Source: Bacteroidia bacterium
GTDB taxonomy: Bacteria > Bacteroidota > Bacteroidia > SpSt-205
Direction: 5' to 3'
DNA: 64,000 nt
Assembly (NCBI GenBank): GCA_025062295.1
Contig: JANXAJ010000006.1
Span: 598 to 64,597 of the forward strand
The notes beneath the pieces were generated by a model, which searched no databases, was not told the origin of the DNA, and saw nothing but the letters and a program-made list of their open reading frames with translations. The translations under genes and the position numbers were made by a program. Of this stretch, positions 57,769-64,000 are shown one piece after another. Numbering within the stretch: the first letter of the stretch is position 1; each line of letters opens with the position of its first letter.

Positions 57769-60700
57769 ATGAGAAAGGTGATTGCGATTTTGGTCTCAAC
57801 AGCGTGGGGACAATTGAGTGGGACCTACTTTATCAATGGTCAGCAAAGCAGTATCGGACGGAGCTATGTCAGTATTCAAGCAGCTTTGGATGCCCTTCAC
57901 TTAGAGGGGGCCAGCGATACAGTTCGCTTTCGAGTCGTGTATCCTTATGATCCAGCAGTTGAACCCCCGACAATCCGCGTGCGACCTTACACCTGCCAAG
58001 AATGTGAAGTTATTTTGCAGATAGACACTCCTATCGTAATTGCAAAAGCTCCACAAGCAGGCTGGTGGAATGGACAATTTCTACTTCGCGTTCAAGGGGG
58101 CGTTCAACACTTTACCCTCAATGGTCGTGGGCGCCTCACTCTCAAATCTCTCACAGATACAACTGCTTTTACGGGTGTGGTTGGGATTGTTCCCTCAGCT
58201 TCCAATGGCATTAGCTTTATTCGCATAGATAGCTGCATTATAGAGGGGCATTCTCGACGAGGCACTTGGGCAGCTGTCTATGTGGGAGATAGTGCAAGTC
58301 TTCAACTTCAAGCTGTACCAACTTTCGCAACCCATATCACGCTTTCGGCCTGCACCTTAAGAGCTGCTCGCTACGGAGCCGCTTTCGTTGCATGGGCTAA
58401 TTGGAGCGCTGTCAATAGTATTACTGTGGAGAAGTGCGTGATTGGCCTGCCGACCAGTGCCCTCCCTGAGGCCGACCAAAGCTGGCAAGAAGCTGCCCTA
58501 TTTGCACAGTTCGCTGGCAATCTTACCATAGATTCTACTCTATTTGAAGGATGCTGGCATGCAGATGACAAAACAGTAGTAGGAATTCACCTTCTTTACT
58601 GCTCTAATGTAACTCTCCGAAAGAACTTCATTCGCAATCTCCGCAGTCTCTCAGAGAGAGGATATGGAGCGATTGGGATTCACTGCATTCGGTTTCCATA
58701 CTGGGGACCCACCCCTCACCTGATTGAAACTAATTTCATTGGTGACCTTTCAGGGTCTGCGGACGAAGCGGGGCCCGGCTCCAGTAGCTATTTAGTGGCA
58801 GGGATTGTATTAGAGAGTGCAGCACCTGATACAGTGGGACCTTTTACCTTACGACACAATACGATTCATCTTTACGGATCAGCCGAGAGCGAGGCTCCAT
58901 GGGCCAAGGATGGCTTCGGCGCGGGTATTGTAGTGGGAAAAAACATCCAGGGAGGAGTAGAGATATCAGGTAACCTCATTCAAAACACTCTCCAACTGCA
59001 GAGTCGCCTTGCCCCAGATGTGAAGGAAAATTGTGTCTTTGCTTTTTGGGAGCCGTTTTCTTCCCTCCAGTGGGAACGATTTACTTTCCGGGGCAATTTT
59101 TACTATTTAGAAGGAGCTTCGGCGGCTCGAACCTACTTCGCCCGAATCGGCTCAGGGATAGAAAAGCATACTATAGGGAGCTTGGCTCAGTGGCGAGACC
59201 TCACTTCTTTAGACGAAGGCTCCCGCTGGGGTGCGGAGGGAGGAGCCCCGTTTATAGCACCAGATGCACCACAGCTTGATTCAACAAGAGCTTGGACGGG
59301 AATTAATGCAGCTCCCATCCCTCCCCTATCTACCTATGACATTGAGGGAGAACCTCGTCCAAAAGGAGGAATACATGATCCCGGGATTCAACCCGACATA
59401 GGAGCGGATGAAGTGAAAGGGCGTCCAATTCCTTGTTCTTCCCCTGTGGCTCAGTCGCTCAGCGCTTCCACTCAGAGCGCTCTGGTTGGGACACCCATCC
59501 AACTTTCTCTTTCTCAGCCATCTCCACTTAGTGGAGAGCTTATTCTACGATGGTCAATAGATAATGGTGTTTCTTGGCAGACGTTAGGGGTAACTGCCGA
59601 CCGTTTTCCCCTGATAATGCCCTTACCAGCTCCGACGACTTTGCCAGGCCTTGTGGCCTTTCAGCTCATTGCACTTCCCTTCCCTGGCTGTTCATATCTT
59701 CCAGACACCTCGGAGACTCTCTTTATCCTTGCCCTTGATCGCCTTGGGAATCGCTCCGACAATCCTATTCCGCTCTCTTTTTCCTCCTTTGGGGATAGCA
59801 TATGGATAGCCACCTACTCGGCCAATCTTATGGATGTGGGCTTCTCGGATAGATACACCCCTCGTGAAGGGCATCCACAAGCAAGCCTTTCCTCCGATAT
59901 ATTTTTCTCTATCACTCTCCCCGACTGCATAGATTCATTAGATGTGGATCTGTGTAGTCAAATGACCAGCTTCAATACTCGCCTACACCTCTTTAGTGAA
60001 GCCGATACGACAACGGATGAGGATCAAGGCTATCGGGCAGATTGCACACCTTCGGGTCTCCCTGCAAGCTTTACTTCTCGGATTGTATGCGTGGGAAGCA
60101 CAGACCAAGTGAGAGAAACAGGGGAAGATTACAGCCGTCCAGCCCGTCTGACTCGTCCATTAGAAGCTGGAACTTCTTTTCTTATCGCTGTAGAGGGAGA
60201 TTCTCCTACAGAAGCAGGCGAATTCACCCTCACTATCCGAGCTTATAAACTTCCCCTCCAAACGCCAAATTTGGGTCCCGACCGTAGCATTTGCTTAGGA
60301 CAGGCTGGCTTCCGACTGAGTGGGTTTGTTGCTGGAGCAAATCTCTATCGGTGGTATCTGAATGGAGAGCTTCTTTCAGAACAGCAGGATTCAGTCGTAA
60401 GCTTGGTACTTCCGCTGGGCACTCATGTCATCGTTGTAGAGGCTCAGCGTCATCCACCTCAATCCTGTGCCCCCCTCCTGGTAGCTCGCGATACTCTCCT
60501 GCTCAATGTGATCCCCTCTCTAGAGGCCCGGATCTCCTATGGAGGACAAAGCTTCACGAATGGAGACACCCTTCGCCTTCCTTTTGGGAATCACACCCTT
60601 CTGGCGCAAGCTCAAGTTTCAGAAGTTACCTTCTTCTGGCGCCTTTGGAATGCCCGGAATGTCCTCGTAGACTGGGGGGAAGGTCCCACTTTTGAGCGCG

Positions 60701-61050
60701 AGTGGGGAGAGCGCGGACTTTACCTTCTGGAGTTAGAGAGCCGCTCTCCTAGCTGCGTAGAAAGCGACACCCTCGTAATAGATGTAACTTCTTCAGGAGC
60801 CCTTAATGCTTATGTCCCTGAGACACAGCCTCTGCCCCTATTTTACCCCAATCCAACGGTAGGAGAGCTTTTCGTCAGAGTGAGGTCTCCTCAAGAGGCT
60901 TTCCTTCAGAGCTTAGATGGAAAGCTTATTCAGCGATTCTACTTCCAGCAGGCAGGAGAGTTCCATCTTCAACTTGAAGCTCCCCCTGGCTGTTATATCC
61001 TCTTCTTTCCCTCATATGCTAAGGGTTTTCTGTTGGTGCTCCACCCCTGA
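57769..61050 (+). CDS. Secreted parallel beta-helix repeat protein with a C-terminal T9SS sorting domain (CTD)
   Basis: About 1093 aa starting at MRKVIAILVSTAWGQ, a signal peptide. The central region has beta-helix-like repeats. The C-terminal ~80 aa has the Por secretion tail pattern LFYPNPTVGELFVRV ... with a short beta-rich end. Confidence 0.6.
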   Translation: MRKVIAILVSTAWGQLSGTYFINGQQSSIGRSYVSIQAALDALHLEGASDTVRFRVVYPYDPAVEPPTIRVRPYTCQECEVILQIDTPIVIAKAPQAGWWNGQFLLRVQGGVQHFTLNGRGRLTLKSLTDTTAFTGVVGIVPSASNGISFIRIDSCIIEGHSRRGTWAAVYVGDSASLQLQAVPTFATHITLSACTLRAARYGAAFVAWANWSAVNSITVEKCVIGLPTSALPEADQSWQEAALFAQFAGNLTIDSTLFEGCWHADDKTVVGIHLLYCSNVTLRKNFIRNLRSLSERGYGAIGIHCIRFPYWGPTPHLIETNFIGDLSGSADEAGPGSSSYLVAGIVLESAAPDTVGPFTLRHNTIHLYGSAESEAPWAKDGFGAGIVVGKNIQGGVEISGNLIQNTLQLQSRLAPDVKENCVFAFWEPFSSLQWERFTFRGNFYYLEGASAARTYFARIGSGIEKHTIGSLAQWRDLTSLDEGSRWGAEGGAPFIAPDAPQLDSTRAWTGINAAPIPPLSTYDIEGEPRPKGGIHDPGIQPDIGADEVKGRPIPCSSPVAQSLSASTQSALVGTPIQLSLSQPSPLSGELILRWSIDNGVSWQTLGVTADRFPLIMPLPAPTTLPGLVAFQLIALPFPGCSYLPDTSETLFILALDRLGNRSDNPIPLSFSSFGDSIWIATYSANLMDVGFSDRYTPREGHPQASLSSDIFFSITLPDCIDSLDVDLCSQMTSFNTRLHLFSEADTTTDEDQGYRADCTPSGLPASFTSRIVCVGSTDQVRETGEDYSRPARLTRPLEAGTSFLIAVEGDSPTEAGEFTLTIRAYKLPLQTPNLGPDRSICLGQAGFRLSGFVAGANLYRWYLNGELLSEQQDSVVSLVLPLGTHVIVVEAQRHPPQSCAPLLVARDTLLLNVIPSLEARISYGGQSFTNGDTLRLPFGNHTLLAQAQVSEVTFFWRLWNARNVLVDWGEGPTFEREWGERGLYLLELESRSPSCVESDTLVIDVTSSGALNAYVPETQPLPLFYPNPTVGELFVRVRSPQEAFLQSLDGKLIQRFYFQQAGEFHLQLEAPPGCYILFFPSYAKGFLLVLHP

Positions 61051-61080
61051 CAGGGAAAGCTGCTTAGAGCAGTAGGGTTT

Positions 61081-61554
61081 TTGTTTTCAGAAATGATGAA
61101 GGATGGAAGCGGAGGAGTTGTCCTCTGGCGACTTGAAGAGGCTCTGCGATGGGCAGAGAGCCGATCTATTTGGCCTCTCACTTTCGGGCTTGCCTGCTGC
61201 GCTATAGAGATGATGGGTACTTTTGCAAGCCATTTTGACTTGGAGCGGTATGGCATTTTTCCTCGAGCGACCCCTCGTCAAGCAGACTTGATGATAGTCT
61301 CTGGCACTGTTACGGCGAAGATGGCGGAGCGCATTCGCCGACTCTATGACCAGATGCCTTCGCCAAAGTACGTCATTTCTATGGGCTCTTGTGCGACCGC
61401 GGGTGGACCCTATTGGCAATATGGCTATCATGTCGTCAAAGGTGTAGATAAAATTATTCCGGTAGATATCTATGTCCCTGGCTGTCCGCCTCGTCCTGAG
61501 GCACTCATAGATGGGATTCTTCGGCTCAGAGAGAAGATTCGACGTGGTAGCTGA
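61081..61554 (+). CDS. nuoB: Second NuoB/Nqo6-like protein, encoded alone
   Basis: A 157-aa ORF with [36 protein letters not shown] and [12 protein letters not shown]. All cluster N2 ligands are present. Confidence 0.85.
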   Translation: MFSEMMKDGSGGVVLWRLEEALRWAESRSIWPLTFGLACCAIEMMGTFASHFDLERYGIFPRATPRQADLMIVSGTVTAKMAERIRRLYDQMPSPKYVISMGSCATAGGPYWQYGYHVVKGVDKIIPVDIYVPGCPPRPEALIDGILRLREKIRRGS

Positions 61555-62203
61555 GCCCCTCCTGATTGAAGAAACAAATAAGGAGCTGATTGTAGCCAAG
61601 CCGCCTGGCATGCCTGCTCAACCCGACGAGACCGGGGACCTTGACCTACTTAGTTGGGCTCGGCAGCGCATTGGGAAGTCTCTCTATCTTGTTCATCGCA
61701 TAGATAGACCTGTGGGAGGAATTATGCTTTTTGCTAAGAGTCCGAGCAGTGCTCGTGAGTGGAGTGCGCGCTTCCGAACGGGCAAAACCCATAAAGTCTA
61801 TTTAGCGATTACCTCCCTCCCCGTCTATCCTCCCTTTGGAGAGTTGCGTCATTTCCTTCGCAAGGATAAGCACCGCCACCGAGCGCAAGTCTTCTACACC
61901 TCAAGAGCAGGCACGCAGCTTGCTCTCCTTCGCTATCAAACTCTACAAGTTCGGCACTCATGGTCACTCCTTCTGGTTGAGCCTCAGACGGGACGCTTTC
62001 ATCAGATTCGGGCACAGCTTGCTGAAATAGGAAGCCCCATTGTAGGGGATATCAAGTATGGCTACCCCCCGCCAGCCCCAGACCCTCGCAGCATTGCTCT
62101 GTGGGCATGGAAGTTAGAGAAGTGGGAAGCCCCTCCTCCCCTCCACCTTCCAGTGTGGAAAGAGTTTGAGGCGGAGATTCAGAGGCTTTCTCAGTTCAAG
62201 TAA
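61511..62203 (+). CDS. RluA-family pseudouridine synthase
   Basis: A 230-aa ORF whose catalytic motif is [17 protein letters not shown] (the HRLD..TSG class). It overlaps the 3' end of the nuoB-like gene. An alternative GTG lies at about 61543. Confidence 0.65.
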   Translation: MGFFGSERRFDVVAEPLLIEETNKELIVAKPPGMPAQPDETGDLDLLSWARQRIGKSLYLVHRIDRPVGGIMLFAKSPSSAREWSARFRTGKTHKVYLAITSLPVYPPFGELRHFLRKDKHRHRAQVFYTSRAGTQLALLRYQTLQVRHSWSLLLVEPQTGRFHQIRAQLAEIGSPIVGDIKYGYPPPAPDPRSIALWAWKLEKWEAPPPLHLPVWKEFEAEIQRLSQFK

Positions 62204-62247
62204 CCCATCTCCCCGTTCCCCACTCCTACTCCACCTACCTTTGAGGT

Positions 62248-63648
62248 GTGTCCCTCGGGCGACTCTTCTACCATAGTGCGATATATGGACTGACTACAGC
62301 TCTCTCTCGCTTCCTCAATTGGCTTCTTACCCCGCTATACGTGCATCGACTGCCTATGGAGGACTTCGGTCGGCTATCCGAGCTGTATTCATGGATAGCT
62401 TTCGGGCTGATAGCCACAGGATTAGGAATGGAAACCACCTACTTTCGCTTCGCTCGTAAAAGCAGTGCGGCTCCCCTTTTTTGGAGAAGTTTTCGACTAC
62501 TTCTCTTGGTAGGGAGCTTACCTGGACTCGGCTCAGCTGCTCTCGTTCCTTTCATTGCTGATGAACTCCGGTATGAAGGAAGGGAAAATCTACTTTGGCT
62601 GACGATTGCTATTTGGACAGTAGACGCCTGGGGTGCTTTTACATTAGCTCACCAGCGCCTGATGGGTACTCCCTGGCGATTTGCTTTGATTCAGCTCACT
62701 CATGTACTCCTCCTCCTTGGACTTAACTTATGGGGTGTAGGCCTGCGAGGGTACGGCTTAGAGTTTATTCTCACTGCTAATCTATTTGCTTCGCTTCTGC
62801 GATTAGGCTGGGGTATCAGCTGGGGACCTCCTTTTTCTATGAGTGACACTGTGGCTACCTCCTCCCTTCTGCGATATGGGGCGACTCTCGCTATCATCGG
62901 ACTTTTAGGTGCTACAAACGACGTGTTAGATAGAGTCCTTCTTGCACGCTACAGCTGGACCGACACAGCCTTGTACAGCGCTGCATACAAGATAGCGATG
63001 GCTTTAGCTCTTTTTATTCAGGCCTATCGCCAAGCAGGCGAGCCGCTTCTCCTGAGTGAGCATCGCGGAGATCACACCTTCTACCGACGCAGCTGGACCT
63101 TCTATCATAATGTGGCACTGTGCGGTGTGCTCCTACTCACGCTTTGGTCTGAACCTTTACTTATGACCCAGTGGGGCGGACTTTTACCGAAACCGATTTT
63201 TCCTCCTTCTTATCATAAGGCATTTTGCGTAGTTCCCCTCTTATTGTGGGCTCACCTATTCATGGGATCGCTCGTCCAAGCTTCAATCTGGTACAAGCTG
63301 AGCGAAAAGCCAGTGGCTGGACTTCCTATCACTGCTACAGGCAGCCTTATCACTTGGATAGGTAATCTTTATGGTATTCCGCGGTATGGATACATTGCTT
63401 CAGCATGGACAACCCTTTTAGCCTATGCAGTGATGGTAAGCCTTTCGGTCTGGAGGGGAAGAAAGCGACTCCCAGGTGTTTTTGAATTCAAGGAGATAGC
63501 GATACCTGTCCTTCTGGTTGCAATCATAACGATAGGGTATCTGAAGATGGAACTTCCAGCAGAGGAAGTAGGTTGGCGCCTCTGGCTTAGCGGAATAGGG
63601 ATTGGTGTCATAGGCTTTCATTTATATCGGCTTCTGAGGAGGGGCTAA
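62248..63648 (+). CDS. Polysaccharide/oligosaccharide flippase-like membrane protein (MOP superfamily, Wzx/MurJ-like)
   Basis: A 466-aa ORF with about 12-14 TM helices. The N-terminal motif is [29 protein letters not shown], typical of polysaccharide biosynthesis flippases. Confidence 0.5.
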   Translation: MSLGRLFYHSAIYGLTTALSRFLNWLLTPLYVHRLPMEDFGRLSELYSWIAFGLIATGLGMETTYFRFARKSSAAPLFWRSFRLLLLVGSLPGLGSAALVPFIADELRYEGRENLLWLTIAIWTVDAWGAFTLAHQRLMGTPWRFALIQLTHVLLLLGLNLWGVGLRGYGLEFILTANLFASLLRLGWGISWGPPFSMSDTVATSSLLRYGATLAIIGLLGATNDVLDRVLLARYSWTDTALYSAAYKIAMALALFIQAYRQAGEPLLLSEHRGDHTFYRRSWTFYHNVALCGVLLLTLWSEPLLMTQWGGLLPKPIFPPSYHKAFCVVPLLLWAHLFMGSLVQASIWYKLSEKPVAGLPITATGSLITWIGNLYGIPRYGYIASAWTTLLAYAVMVSLSVWRGRKRLPGVFEFKEIAIPVLLVAIITIGYLKMELPAEEVGWRLWLSGIGIGVIGFHLYRLLRRG

Positions 63649-63671
63649 GAGAGAGTTGTATCTTTGTCTGT

Positions 63672-64000
63672 ATGGCAGGTCATAGCAAGTGGGCTCAGAT
63701 CAAGCGCAAGAAAGCGGTCGTAGATGCGCGACGAGGGGCTCTCTTCACGAGACTAGTGCGAGAGATCACAGTTGCCGCCCGAGAGGGAGGTCCCAGCCCT
63801 GAATTCAATCCTCGCCTTCGCCTTGCCATTCAAAATGCCCGCCGAGCTAACATGCCAAAAGAAGTAATAGAACGAGCCATTTCCAAAGGAGAATCTGGTA
63901 CTGAGAATTATACAGAAGTCCTCTACGAAGGCTATGCCCCTGGTGGCGTGGCTGTACTTATAGAAGCAATGACAGATAATACGAATCGTACTGTTTCCCA
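63672..64000 (+). CDS. yebC: YebC/PmpR family transcriptional regulator (partial, continues beyond the window)
   Basis: Not in the track because it runs off the edge. It reads [70 protein letters not shown]... Confidence 0.8.
   Translation, partial: MAGHSKWAQIKRKKAVVDARRGALFTRLVREITVAAREGGPSPEFNPRLRLAIQNARRANMPKEVIERAISKGESGTENYTEVLYEGYAPGGVAVLIEAMTDNTNRTVS

Noticed and set aside
1-64000. CRISPR arrays, transposases, integrases, phage genes and rRNA/tRNA genes
   Set aside because: No direct-repeat/spacer periodicity, no transposase or recombinase motifs, and no rRNA-like or further tRNA-like sequence was seen. Apart from the possible islet at ssrA, the window looks like core chromosome.

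Overview
This window reads as a densely coded chromosomal segment from a member of the Fibrobacteres-Chlorobi-Bacteroidetes (FCB) group, probably Bacteroidota or Rhodothermota, at about 55% GC. The lineage call rests on a complete alternative complex III operon (actABCDEF), a type IX secretion C-terminal sorting domain, a DUF1573 protein, a BshA-like glycosyltransferase, SprE/GldH-like lipoproteins, and a Bacteroidetes-type TAnnTTTG -7 promoter element in front of a tmRNA gene. Almost all genes are housekeeping or envelope related. Recognisable ones are sufCD, groES-groEL, rpsT, an RNase E/G family gene, a POT peptide transporter, a FadB/FadJ beta-oxidation alpha subunit, aspartate kinase, nadB, recQ, valS, a phosphohexomutase, a pseudouridine synthase, a YebC regulator cut by the window end, and ssrA. 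I found no CRISPR array, transposase, integrase or obvious phage genes. One six-frame computation is worth noting: the ORF track omits ORFs that run off the window edges, so the WD40-caspase gene at bases 1-1295 and yebC from 63672 onward were read directly from the sequence. The loci I would look at again are these. (1) A 1399-aa membrane PAS/GAF sensor PP2C phosphatase lies immediately upstream of a lipoprotein with WD40 repeats and a caspase-like domain. (2) Two separate, intact but orphan nuoB genes sit with no other nuo genes nearby. (3) ssrA is followed, with no gap, by a translationally coupled four-gene unit: an OppC/DppC-like permease with no partners, a GAF-PP2C phosphatase, a redoxin, and a tandem universal-stress protein (a possible islet at the tmRNA locus). 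(4) ActA carries an extra N-terminal class I cytochrome c domain. (5) An 855-bp AT-rich stretch upstream of recQ has no ORF longer than 72 codons, and a stem-loop there encloses the start of that small ORF. (6) A 36-nt perfect GC-rich palindrome lies between valS and the convergent DUF1573 gene. (7) A membrane protein has a voltage-sensor S4-like Rxx repeat helix but no pore domain. I could not run any homology or structure search, so every functional call rests on motifs I recognised by eye.
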